Below, in pieces: positions 25,489 to 33,012 of a stretch of 40,149 bases of DNA. The translations under genes and the position numbers were made by a program. Source of the stretch: a virus. Location of the stretch: IMG/VR virus record IMGVR_UViG_3300005286_000001, positions 1-40,149 of that record; one strand, written 5' to 3'. The notes below the pieces were generated by a model that saw only the letters and a list, made by a program, of their open reading frames with translations, searched no databases and was not told the origin of the DNA. Numbering within the stretch: position 1 is the first letter of the stretch; each line of letters begins with the position of its first letter.

Positions 25489-26938
25489 CCTTCTTCTGCC
25501 GCTTCGCCCAGCGGATCATCCCGGCCTTGACGTAGTTGCGAACCTCCTCGTCGGGCTCCATGCGCATGAAGTGCAGGCCACGCGGCCAGACCTTGAACTT
25601 GTCGCGAAACTTGTGGGCCACCCAGCCGCCGGAATAGCCGCGCTCGTCGGCGATCTTCATGAGCATCGAATACCAGCGCTGCTTGACCTCCCGGCTCGCC
25701 TCCTTGCCCTTCGGCGTCAGCTCGACAAGGTCTCCGTCCTCGCACTCGATCTGCGATTGCCGCTGGGGGGCGAAGCCACAACACGGGCATTTCGCGACCT
25801 TCGGCGGCTTGAGGAATGAGCATTGCGGGCATTCCTTCGGGAGCGGTTCCTTGCGCTCAGTTGCCGCGCTCTTGCGGGCCTTCCCGTCGTCGAGACGGTC
25901 GTGATGGATATCCGTCACGAACCCGAGCTTCAGGGTCGTGTCGCTGTGGTCGAGGATGAGGCAGTCGTCCTTGCCGTCCGCCGTCCGGAGGCCGCGCCCG
26001 ATGATCTGGACGTAGAGCATTTCCGAGCGCGTCGGCCGGGCGAGGATGATGCAGCGCACGTCCCAGTCCACGCCCGTGGTCAGGCATCCGACGTTGCAGA
26101 CGACCTTGACCTCCCCGGAATGGAACCGTTTGCGGATGGCCTCGCGCTCGCCGGTGGAGGTGTACGCATCGACATAGGCAGTGCTCACACCCTCCTCGGC
26201 GAACCGCGTCTGGATGTGCCGGGCATGGGCTCGGTCCACGGCGAAGCACAGCGTCGGCCGCCCCTCCCCCTTCGCAAGCCACGTCTCGACGACATCGGCC
26301 ACGAGCGCGGTCTTGTTCATGGCCTCGCCGAGGTCGCCCTCGTGGTAGTCTCCGGCAACGGTCCTAACGCCCGTCAGGTCGGGATGAGACGGGGCGAACA
26401 CCCGGAAGCGGGAGAGATATCCAGCCTCGATCAGGTCGCCCGTCGTCGCCGCGATCAGCAGGTCATCGAACAGCTTGCCGAGACCGCGCGTCCACGGGGT
26501 GGCCGACAGGCCGATAAACGGGACCCTTTCCCAGCCAGTGGCTGACATCCAGCGCCCGTAGAGGTCGAACACCCGATGCGCCTCGTCGATCACGACCACG
26601 TCGGCCGCCGGGATCTCGCGACGGGCGAGCGTCTGGACGCTGGCAACCTGCACCGGGCGGCTCGCATTGGTGAGTTCGTGCGCCCCCTGGATCACACCCA
26701 CGTCGTGGATGCCCTCGTTCCAGAGCGCCATCACGGTCTGATCGACGAGCGACAGGGCCGGGACGGTGAAGATCACCCGGTTGCCCTTCGCGAGGGCGCC
26801 CTCGACGATGGCGGCGCCCAGCATCGTCTTGCCGAAGCCGGTCGGGGCCTGCAGGAGGGGGCGGCGCTTGCCCGAACCGAGGGAGCGGCGCAGGAGGTCG
26901 ATGGCGCGGGTCTGGTGGGGACGAAGCTCACGCCTCAT
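25460..26938 (-). CDS. SF2 DEAD/DEAH-box DNA helicase
   Basis: Motifs APTGFGKT (Walker A), VIDEAH, SATP and QIIGRGLR. A C-terminal Cys cluster is present (CPQC...CPCC). Confidence 0.85.
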   Translation of the reverse strand: MRRELRPHQTRAIDLLRRSLGSGKRRPLLQAPTGFGKTMLGAAIVEGALAKGNRVIFTVPALSLVDQTVMALWNEGIHDVGVIQGAHELTNASRPVQVASVQTLARREIPAADVVVIDEAHRVFDLYGRWMSATGWERVPFIGLSATPWTRGLGKLFDDLLIAATTGDLIEAGYLSRFRVFAPSHPDLTGVRTVAGDYHEGDLGEAMNKTALVADVVETWLAKGEGRPTLCFAVDRAHARHIQTRFAEEGVSTAYVDAYTSTGEREAIRKRFHSGEVKVVCNVGCLTTGVDWDVRCIILARPTRSEMLYVQIIGRGLRTADGKDDCLILDHSDTTLKLGFVTDIHHDRLDDGKARKSAATERKEPLPKECPQCSFLKPPKVAKCPCCGFAPQRQSQIECEDGDLVELTPKGKEASREVKQRWYSMLMKIADERGYSGGWVAHKFRDKFKVWPRGLHFMRMEPDEEVRNYVKAGMIRWAKRQKKVAEAANVAA

Positions 26939-27791
26939 GGGGCACCTCCCCGAAGGCGCGCGTGCCCCCTACCCTCCTAGAACGACCTAGGTCCCTATCA
27001 TCCCTAGCCAGGGAGTAGACTAGACCCCCATAGGTCTCATCCTGGCTAGGATAACTCTGGCTTCTGGCTTCTGGCTTCTGGGCTTTGGTGTCGGGGTTGG
27101 TGCGGGGGGTTAGTGTCGGATCGCGGAACCGCGTTGCTGTCGGATCGACGCCGCGGCGGCTGTTGAACGGCCAATCGGTCTTGCTCCGGTCGTGGTTGCA
27201 AACTGCACAGGCGGGGACGAGGTTTTCCTCGTCGTTTGTGCCGCCGTCGCAGACCGGGACGAGGTGATCCACATGGAACCCGTCCGCAAACTCGCCCTCG
27301 TGCGCGGGGGACGCAATGAGCTTCGTATCGCACCAGAAGCAGCGGCCGCCCGTCTTATCGAAGATGCGTGCCGTCTTTCCCGGGGAGTCGGATTTTCTGT
27401 AGGGGCGGACGCGGGCTTCCTTGGGTGCCGTGCCACGTCTGACGTTGGGCGCCCCTCCCTTAAACCCATTCTCCTTATCCCGAACCTGCTTCTCGGCGTC
27501 TCGAACAACACGACGGCTGTAGATCGTGCCGTCCTCGCAACGGCTGAACACACCAGCGCCTTCCAACTCGGCGAGAAGGGTCGCAAGCTCGCGTGGCGTC
27601 GCTCCGACGAGGGAGGCCACCTGCTTATCGGAAAGGGGCGCGCCGTTGCTGATGAGGTAGCCGCGGGGCTCGGCCTCGTGCATGATGCACAGGAGTTCGA
27701 TCCAGAGCCCGCGAGCGGCCATGGAGCACAGGCGCAGCTTGGGATCCGAGCGCCAGTCAGCGGGATAGAATTTCATCCATGGGGCAGTCAT
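26928..27791 (-). CDS. DUF1376 (YdaU-like replication-associated) domain fused to an HNH nuclease domain
   Basis: ORF trimmed to the ATG at 27791 (ATGA overlap). The N-terminus is MTAPWMKFYPADWRSDPKLRLCSMAARGLWIELLC. The HNH part is CFWCDTKL...HVDHLVPVCDGGTNDEENLVPACAVCNHDRS. The low-complexity C-terminal tail is encoded by the repeat patch. Confidence 0.7.
   Translation of the reverse strand: MTAPWMKFYPADWRSDPKLRLCSMAARGLWIELLCIMHEAEPRGYLISNGAPLSDKQVASLVGATPRELATLLAELEGAGVFSRCEDGTIYSRRVVRDAEKQVRDKENGFKGGAPNVRRGTAPKEARVRPYRKSDSPGKTARIFDKTGGRCFWCDTKLIASPAHEGEFADGFHVDHLVPVCDGGTNDEENLVPACAVCNHDRSKTDWPFNSRRGVDPTATRFRDPTLTPRTNPDTKAQKPEARSQSYPSQDETYGGLVYSLARDDRDLGRSRRVGGTRAFGEVPHEA
26975..27147. 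repeat. ori-like patch: CTAG palindromes, tandem heptamers and three spaced TGTCGG iterons
   Basis: GACCTAGGTC at 26984-26993. TAGACTAGAC at 27016-27025. TAGGTC at 26988 and 27031. (CTGGCTT)x3 at 27057-27077. TGTCGG at 27089, 27114 and 27138, with TGTCGGATCG exact at the last two. Five CTAG in about 80 bp. Confidence 0.5.
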
Positions 27792-28144
27792 GAGAACGTC
27801 TCCACGTTCCAGCCTCCGCCGGCCTTCTTCGAGACCGGTGTGACGGCGATGAAGCGGAAGGGGTAAAGCTCGGCAGCGATCTTGATCTTGGCGCGAGCGT
27901 CGTCGAGCCAATGGCCCTTGACCTCGTGCAGCTCGAGCGCACCGTCGCTAAGCATCACGGCGAAGTCGGCGGTGAAGAACGTGTTGTCCGCCAGCCTGAG
28001 CTTGATGCCCTCGAATTTGTACCAGGCGACCTCACCGGCCCTGCGACGCCATTCGAGCGTGTCGGCATAGGCCTGCTCGGTCTTGTTCATGGCGCCGGTC
28101 TTGAGGCGTCCGAGGGCGAGGACGCGGCTTGGCATCCTGCTCAT
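27788..28144 (-). CDS. PD-(D/E)XK nuclease, DUF1064-like (recombination or resolvase-type endonuclease)
   Basis: Start chosen at 28144 (ATGA overlap). The motif TADFAVMLSDGALELHEVKG...KIKIAAELYP fits the D...E-x-K core. Confidence 0.55.
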   Translation of the reverse strand: MSRMPSRVLALGRLKTGAMNKTEQAYADTLEWRRRAGEVAWYKFEGIKLRLADNTFFTADFAVMLSDGALELHEVKGHWLDDARAKIKIAAELYPFRFIAVTPVSKKAGGGWNVETFS

Positions 28145-28362
28145 GCCCGTCGCCTCCACCGAAGGATGTTGACGCTCTCCAGCTCGGCAATGCGCCTGTC
28201 CACGTCTGCGATGAGACGGGGCGCGTTATCGAGGATGGAGACGCGCGGGAGGGTGACTTCGACGAAGGGCATCGACTGCCCTTCTTCCTTGTGGCGTCCA
28301 CCGAGGAACGGGGTCGCGTAGATGCGGCGGGTGACGGTGGGGATAGTCAGGACTTCGGCCAT
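28141..28362 (-). CDS. Hypothetical protein
   Basis: 73-aa ORF, tightly packed. Confidence 0.5.
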   Translation of the reverse strand: MAEVLTIPTVTRRIYATPFLGGRHKEEGQSMPFVEVTLPRVSILDNAPRLIADVDRRIAELESVNILRWRRRA

Positions 28363-28365
28363 CGC

Positions 28366-28773
28366 CTAGCCCCCGCCAGACAGCAGAGAGCGCGCCTTTT
28401 CAAGACACGCTTCAATTTCCGCCACTTCAATGCGGCGAGCGTCCCCGCCCATCGCGCGAATGACTTCCAGCTCATGGTTGAGGGCCCTGATTTCCCGCTC
28501 GATCTCAGCGACGAGCGCACGACGGACGCTTTCGCGGAGCCAAAGGTCGATCCGCTTGAGCCGGCCGTTCATGATGTTTTCGATGGTGCCCTTCGCGCAG
28601 CCGATGGTGCGCGCGAGGCGTTCACGGATAACCTGGGTCTTGGCGCCCTTTCGACGCTCCCGAGAAACGAGAGCGTTGACCCACGAGCGCACGTCGTCGA
28701 TGTGGGCCACGTAGCTCACGCGATACTCCCGATGATGATTTGTCGTTGAAGAAATGACGGTCTGACGGTCCAT
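28366..28773 (-). CDS. Hypothetical protein, first gene of the leftward replication operon (possible DNA-binding)
   Basis: 135-aa ORF. AGGAG lies upstream of the ATG at 28773. Confidence 0.55.
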   Translation of the reverse strand: MDRQTVISSTTNHHREYRVSYVAHIDDVRSWVNALVSRERRKGAKTQVIRERLARTIGCAKGTIENIMNGRLKRIDLWLRESVRRALVAEIEREIRALNHELEVIRAMGGDARRIEVAEIEACLEKARSLLSGGG

Positions 28774-29001
28774 GCCGGTGTCTCCTGCTTGGCATGGACG
28801 ACACCGGACCTTTCATGACGATTGGAGACGCCGCCGCGATGGTCTTGGCAGACATCGAGCGGGCGAGAGTTGTTGGGGAGGGACGGCGTTGCAGCGCCCC
28901 CTCCCCCGCCAAGGACGCGGGGCCCAGTGAACCGCGCCTTGGGAACGTGGTGTGCTTTGACAGCTACAGGCTGAGGCGAGCCGCTGGCCGGCGGAAAAGG
29001 A

Positions 29002-29031
29002 CGGGGACGGGGTTTTGAGCCCACGTCCCCG
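29002..29031 (-). terminator. Candidate intrinsic terminator downstream of the 68-aa HTH gene
   Basis: In the minus sense, CGGGGACG...CGTCCCCG (8 bp plus an inner 3 bp) followed by TCCTTTTCC. Confidence 0.4.
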
Positions 29032-29233
29032 CCATAGTTGAGGCAACAGACAGAGCGGCAGGGAGGAAAGGCCGCCTTGTCTATTCTCACCAGCCGGCCG
29101 GCTGGGAGCTGGGGGAAACCGGAATGCAGGACGAAGCCGAACGGCCACCTCTGCACGAGCCGATCATCACGCCGACGGATGTGGCCCGCGACATATTCGC
29201 GACGAGGCGCAAGAGGCAGCCGCCGAAGGGGAG

Positions 29234-29440
29234 TCATTGAACGCCCCTGTGTTTCCAGAAGTCGTTCGGGGTGATGGCGTTGTTGGTGCCCTCGGCGATA
29301 CGCCGCATGAGGTCGAGCGACGGCACCCTTCTGCCATGCTCGATCCGGGACAGTGTCGCGACCGAGCACCCTACACGAGCGGAGAGGTCGGACAGTGTGA
29401 CGCCGAACCTCTCACGGTATGTTCGAAGGGGATGTTTCAT
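29234..29440 (-). CDS. XRE-family HTH regulator (68 aa, Cro/CI-type)
   Basis: RERFGVTLSDLSARVGCSVATLSRIEHGRRVPS is a classic HTH_3 motif. AGGAGGGG SD is present. Confidence 0.8.
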   Translation of the reverse strand: MKHPLRTYRERFGVTLSDLSARVGCSVATLSRIEHGRRVPSLDLMRRIAEGTNNAITPNDFWKHRGVQ

Positions 29441-29452
29441 ATCCCCTCCTGT

Positions 29453-29531
29453 TTACCACTAGGGTATACACGCCGTCAATACGGCGCGAGAGACGATTAC
29501 CCCTAGGGCCGAGGAAAGTTACCTCTAGCGG
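29453..29531 (+). promoter_or_regulatory. Three direct operator-like repeats TTACC-N-CTAG-S-GG in the divergent promoter region
   Basis: TTACCACTAGGGTA at 29453-29466, TTACCCCTAGGG at 29497-29508, TTACCTCTAGCGG at 29519-29531. Confidence 0.55.
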
Positions 29532-29538
29532 CGATAAA

Positions 29539-29883
29539 ATGGGAACCATGCCAATCAGAATCGGACATGGCCCTGGCAGGCGCCGACGCATCTTCCTTCG
29601 TGAGTGGCGGGAGTACCGCAATCTCACGCAGGAGCAACTTGCCGACCGCCTGGAGACGACGGCGGCTACAATCTCCCGTATCGAGACCGGAAACCGGGAT
29701 TATACCGGTGCCTTCCTGGAGGCCGCCGCGGACGCCCTGCAGTGCGAGTTGAAGGATCTCCTCATGCGCAATCCCCTGCTTGAGGAGGAGGACCCCGCCG
29801 ACATGCTGCGCTCGTTGCCCCCGGACGACCGGCGCCAGGCCATCGACTTCCTGCACTATCTCCGGGACCGGAAGGCGGGGTGA
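29539..29883 (+). CDS. XRE-family HTH regulator (114 aa; prophage repressor candidate)
   Basis: ORF trimmed to the ATG at 29539; a second ATG lies at 29548. LREWREYRNLTQEQLADRLETTAATISRIETGNR is an HTH_3 motif. No SD is present, and TAAAAT at 29535-29540 overlaps the first ATG, so the mRNA may be leaderless. Confidence 0.75.
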   Translation: MGTMPIRIGHGPGRRRRIFLREWREYRNLTQEQLADRLETTAATISRIETGNRDYTGAFLEAAADALQCELKDLLMRNPLLEEEDPADMLRSLPPDDRRQAIDFLHYLRDRKAG

Positions 29884-29886
29884 GGG

Positions 29887-30108
29887 ATGCGCGACGAGGA
29901 AGAACACGTCACCATCAATGCAGACGACATCCGCCCTGCCGTGGACGCCAATGGCAACGTCGTCATCGAGTTTGGCTTTTTCCGCCTGCCCGTGGGGAAG
30001 GATCGTTTCCGCTTGACGCTTGCCCTTCCGGCGGACACGGCTGAGGCGTTTGCATCAAGCTTGCGAGGTAAGGCGGTAGAGGCGCGCGCAGCCAAAATTC
30101 GCCACTAG
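29887..30108 (+). CDS. Hypothetical protein co-transcribed with the 114-aa HTH gene
   Basis: 73-aa ORF, 3 nt after the upstream stop. Confidence 0.5.
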   Translation: MRDEEEHVTINADDIRPAVDANGNVVIEFGFFRLPVGKDRFRLTLALPADTAEAFASSLRGKAVEARAAKIRH

Positions 30109-30171
30109 CGTTGCCGTCGTCCCACAGGAAGCGAACCCAAAGCGGGGCATCTTTGGCTCGGGGCTCGTTCA

Positions 30172-30363
30172 CTAATCGCGCTCCCTCATATCGCCCTCAA
30201 GGCCGGCTATCTGAAGCTCCAGATCCTCGATGATCTTCATGGCTTCCTCCAACGATTGCGGACGAACCACCCCACCGTCGCCGCCATACGCGGCGACCTG
30301 GGCCAGCCACCCTGATCGCTGCCGATTGACCTCCTGCTGAAGCTCGTCTCCGGCCCCTGACAT
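30172..30363 (-). CDS. Small acidic hypothetical protein (63 aa), convergent with the repressor operon
   Basis: The ATG at 30363 is preceded by AGGAGG at 5-nt spacing. The ORF-track start at 30369 is a GTG. Confidence 0.5.
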   Translation of the reverse strand: MSGAGDELQQEVNRQRSGWLAQVAAYGGDGGVVRPQSLEEAMKIIEDLELQIAGLEGDMRERD

Positions 30364-30375
30364 CGTCACCTCCTA

Positions 30376-30399
30376 GGCCGCCGCTCTGGCGGCCTTTTT
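30376..30399 (+). terminator. Rho-independent terminator on the plus strand
   Basis: GGCCGCC-GCTCT-GGCGGCC followed by TTTTTC. Confidence 0.7.
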
Positions 30400-30441
30400 C
30401 GTTGCAACGCCAACAGGATATCACAGCTAGGGAAAATTCTG

Positions 30442-30493
30442 TACCCTAGCGGCAAGAAAACTGTTGCGCTCACGTTTGCCCTAGTGGTAATGT
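30442..30493 (+). promoter_or_regulatory. Rightward early promoter candidate with operator-like CTAG sites
   Basis: TACCCTAGCGG at 30442-30452. CCCTAGTGGTAA at 30479-30490 is the exact inverse of TTACCACTAGGG at 29453. -35 TTGCGC at 30464-30469, an 18-nt spacer, -10 TAATGT at 30488-30493. Confidence 0.4.
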
Positions 30494-30518
30494 TCTCCCA
30501 TCAACGGAGGACGCAGCC

Positions 30519-30893
30519 ATGCTGCAGCGCAGCCCCCACACCACCCGCACCGAAGCCCGTGAGCGCGCCATCGAAGCGCGGGACGCTTTCATCCTCGCGT
30601 TCAAGCAGGTCTTCGACGATGTGATGCTGATCACCGAGGAAGACGAGGCCCGGCGTGCCGAGGCGCTTGTCGACAGCCTCGACGATCTCCAGCAGAACGC
30701 AATCTTCCAGCTCTCTGTTGCCGCCGACCTCGACATCGAGGACGGCCACGGAAGCCTCGACAATCTGGCTTGGGCACTCCGTCAGGAGGCCGAACGTCTC
30801 GCGGTCGATGAGCAGTATCGCGACCCGAACGACGAGCACCGCATCGGCTGCTTCGAGGCCGGCGTCGGCCGGTACGGATCGTGGGGGCGGTGA
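30519..30893 (+). CDS. Acidic early protein (first gene of the rightward operon)
   Basis: 124 aa with a GGAGG SD. By hand count, about 27 D/E versus 14 K/R. Confidence 0.6.
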   Translation: MLQRSPHTTRTEARERAIEARDAFILAFKQVFDDVMLITEEDEARRAEALVDSLDDLQQNAIFQLSVAADLDIEDGHGSLDNLAWALRQEAERLAVDEQYRDPNDEHRIGCFEAGVGRYGSWGR

Positions 30894-31249
30894 TGAGCGC
30901 CTTCACGGCTCGCAACTACCAGCTCGGAGAGGCCCCGAAGAAGATCACCCTTCTCGGCGACAAGCAGCAGCGCCCGGAGCCGGCCCAGCACATCATCGAA
31001 TTCCCGGGTGGGGCCATCGAGGTCTCCCGGCTCGACGATGGGTCTTACTGGGCACACGTGATCATCAATCGGAGCTGGGCGCACCCCTCGATGAAGGGGA
31101 TGACGTCAGCTTACGGAGAGGTAGTCGGCAGCCGCGTCACGAGGCGGGGCATGGGTGGGGATATCTCCGACATCGCCGATTTCAGTGCCGTCGAACAAAT
31201 AGCGGTCCTCATCCGACCCACCCAACACCGCGAGAAGGAGGGCGGTTGA
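30893..31249 (+). CDS. Hypothetical early protein
   Basis: ORF 30881-31249 trimmed to the ATG at 30893, whose first base is the last base of the upstream TGA (TGATG). Confidence 0.5.
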   Translation: MSAFTARNYQLGEAPKKITLLGDKQQRPEPAQHIIEFPGGAIEVSRLDDGSYWAHVIINRSWAHPSMKGMTSAYGEVVGSRVTRRGMGGDISDIADFSAVEQIAVLIRPTQHREKEGG

Positions 31250-31329
31250 TGCCCCTCCTCGCTTTCACCGCCGCATGGATTGCCTGGCTTGAGGCCCTGA
31301 GCCTCGCCTTCTTGGGAGTTCGCAGATGA
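31249..31329 (+). CDS. 26-aa hydrophobic peptide
   Basis: MPLLAFTAAWIAWLEALSLAFLGVRR. AAGGAGG lies 8 nt upstream. It overlaps the neighbouring genes at both ends (TGATG upstream, ATGA downstream). Confidence 0.4.
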   Translation: MPLLAFTAAWIAWLEALSLAFLGVRR

Positions 31330-31799
31330 GCAAGCACGTGAAGGTGAAGCCGCTGGAGTGGGTGGCGGCTGACGAAGACGAAGAGGACTACGTCTCCGCT
31401 TTTTCTGAAATAGGCGCCTACAGCATTGAACGGCTGTCCGCTGGCAGTTGGGAGCTAACGGCAGAGCTCCCTTCTGGAGGCGAGTGCTCTTGGTACGTCA
31501 CCATCGAGGCCGCCAAAGCTGCCGCCCAAGCGGATTACGAACGCCGCATCCTCTCCGCCCTAGAGCCCTCCCCCGCCTTCGAGGCGATGGTGGAGGCGTT
31601 GGAGGACGGACGCGTTATCGCTGCGCTCATGCGGGTTCAGCAACAGCTAGATGACCACATCTTCGAACGCGAGAATGAAATCCTGCGGGATGAAGAGCCC
31701 TACCCATTCGAAGACGAGCTTACAGTAGGTATCGACGATTTGTTGCCCGTCTCGCGCGTGATCCGCGCCGCCCTCGCCCTAGCAAGGGGAGAGCGGTGA
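31326..31799 (+). CDS. Hypothetical protein with a VKPLEW-type domain
   Basis: 157 aa. It shares VKPLEWV and a downstream pattern with the product of 37026-37502. Confidence 0.6.
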   Translation: MSKHVKVKPLEWVAADEDEEDYVSAFSEIGAYSIERLSAGSWELTAELPSGGECSWYVTIEAAKAAAQADYERRILSALEPSPAFEAMVEALEDGRVIAALMRVQQQLDDHIFERENEILRDEEPYPFEDELTVGIDDLLPVSRVIRAALALARGER

Positions 31800-31800
31800 G

Positions 31801-32124
31801 ATGGCGAACTGGCAGAACGTCATTCGGCTGCAGCCCGAATGGGGGCAAGCGAAGTCCGGTGAGATTTCGGTCGCCTCCATGGCCGCCGTAATCGCCAAGA
31901 AGCTTCGCGCCCTCTCCAAAAGTGGCCGTCACCTCGACGATCACAGAGAGGAATTGGAAGACCTGATCGACGAGTTCGAAGACCTGTCGAGGGATCCGAT
32001 GGCCGTCGATGACGATCTCGATGGCCTGATGGGGCAACTCTACGACTGGGGCGACCGCCGGCTCGATAACGACTGGAACGGCAAGAAGCTGTGCTGGATC
32101 GACACGATTAGCGGGAGGCTCTGA
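31801..32124 (+). CDS. Hypothetical acidic protein
   Basis: 107-aa ORF. Confidence 0.55.
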   Translation: MANWQNVIRLQPEWGQAKSGEISVASMAAVIAKKLRALSKSGRHLDDHREELEDLIDEFEDLSRDPMAVDDDLDGLMGQLYDWGDRRLDNDWNGKKLCWIDTISGRL

Positions 32125-32597
32125 TGTGCAACCGCGACCTCGACGAAACCTGGGCGCGCAAGGACGAGTTCCCCGCCTACCGGGAAGCCCTCGAACAGCT
32201 CAACGGCTTCGCCTACGACCCGAGGATGGAGGATATGGTTAGCGCCGACATCGAGCACGACATGTCCAAGCCGGGCCCGAGTGGCGGAAAGGGCATCCTT
32301 GCCGGACTGGCTGTCATGTCCTTCTCGGCCGTTGCGGTTGTCGCCGCTATCGGCTGGCTGGCCACCCTGTTCTGGGAGGGGCTGATCAAGAGGTTCGTCG
32401 ATGCCATCGCGTTCTTCCTCCTGCTGGCTGTGTGGCTTGCCGTCTATGCGGTGCTGAACCCGGCTGAGGCTGCGACCTTCATGGGAGAGACCGACGTACC
32501 GGCCTTCTCGATCTATGTCCTCGTGGTCCTTGCGCCGATTTGCATCGCTGGCGTCCTCGCCGTCGCCATCATCGACAAGCGGAAGGTGCGGAGATGA
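32124..32597 (+). CDS. Membrane protein (3-4 TM)
   Basis: 157 aa; the C-terminal two-thirds are hydrophobic segments. Confidence 0.6.
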   Translation: MCNRDLDETWARKDEFPAYREALEQLNGFAYDPRMEDMVSADIEHDMSKPGPSGGKGILAGLAVMSFSAVAVVAAIGWLATLFWEGLIKRFVDAIAFFLLLAVWLAVYAVLNPAEAATFMGETDVPAFSIYVLVVLAPICIAGVLAVAIIDKRKVRR

Positions 32598-32836
32598 AGC
32601 CGCTGACTATCGCCCAAGCATGGATCCTCCAGAGGATCGCCACCAACAGCGACGACGGCATGATGGTCGGGAACGCAGCATTCGAACTGTACCGAGCCCC
32701 AATGCGGCGCCTGCTGAAGCGGGGGCTCATCGAAAGGCGACCGCACAAGAACCTGAAATACCGCAGCGAGATCGGACACATGTTCATCACGCCCGCTGGA
32801 CGCCGCGCCCTCGACCGCATGGAGGCCCGGAGATGA
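32594..32836 (+). CDS. Hypothetical protein (possible winged-helix)
   Basis: ATG at 32594 in an ATGA overlap; 80 aa. Confidence 0.5.
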   Translation: MKPLTIAQAWILQRIATNSDDGMMVGNAAFELYRAPMRRLLKRGLIERRPHKNLKYRSEIGHMFITPAGRRALDRMEARR

Positions 32837-33012
32837 TCGCCCTCCTCCTCCGCGAATGGCGCCTCTGGCGCGAATACCGCCGGTGGAATACCGCCCTCGC
32901 CACCATCAATCACCAGATCGCCGAGCGTCGGCGCAAGCACCTTCCGTGCCGCGACCTCATCCGACGCCGCATCGAGATCACCCACGCGCATCTCTTTCGG
33001 AGGGTGTCATGA
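32833..33012 (+). CDS. Small basic hypothetical protein
   Basis: 59 aa, with ATGA overlaps at both ends. Confidence 0.4.
   Translation: MIALLLREWRLWREYRRWNTALATINHQIAERRRKHLPCRDLIRRRIEITHAHLFRRVS

Noticed and set aside
28794-29148. ORFs in the structured spacer (28794-29018 plus strand, 28813-29148 and 28716-29369 minus strand)
   Set aside because: The products are R/P/G/S-rich without motifs. The frames run straight through strong hairpins. Hand-counted GC3 (68-76 percent) does not discriminate. The short N-terminal part of the plus-strand ORF (MTIGDAAAMVLADIERARVV) looks protein-like, so this is left open at low weight.
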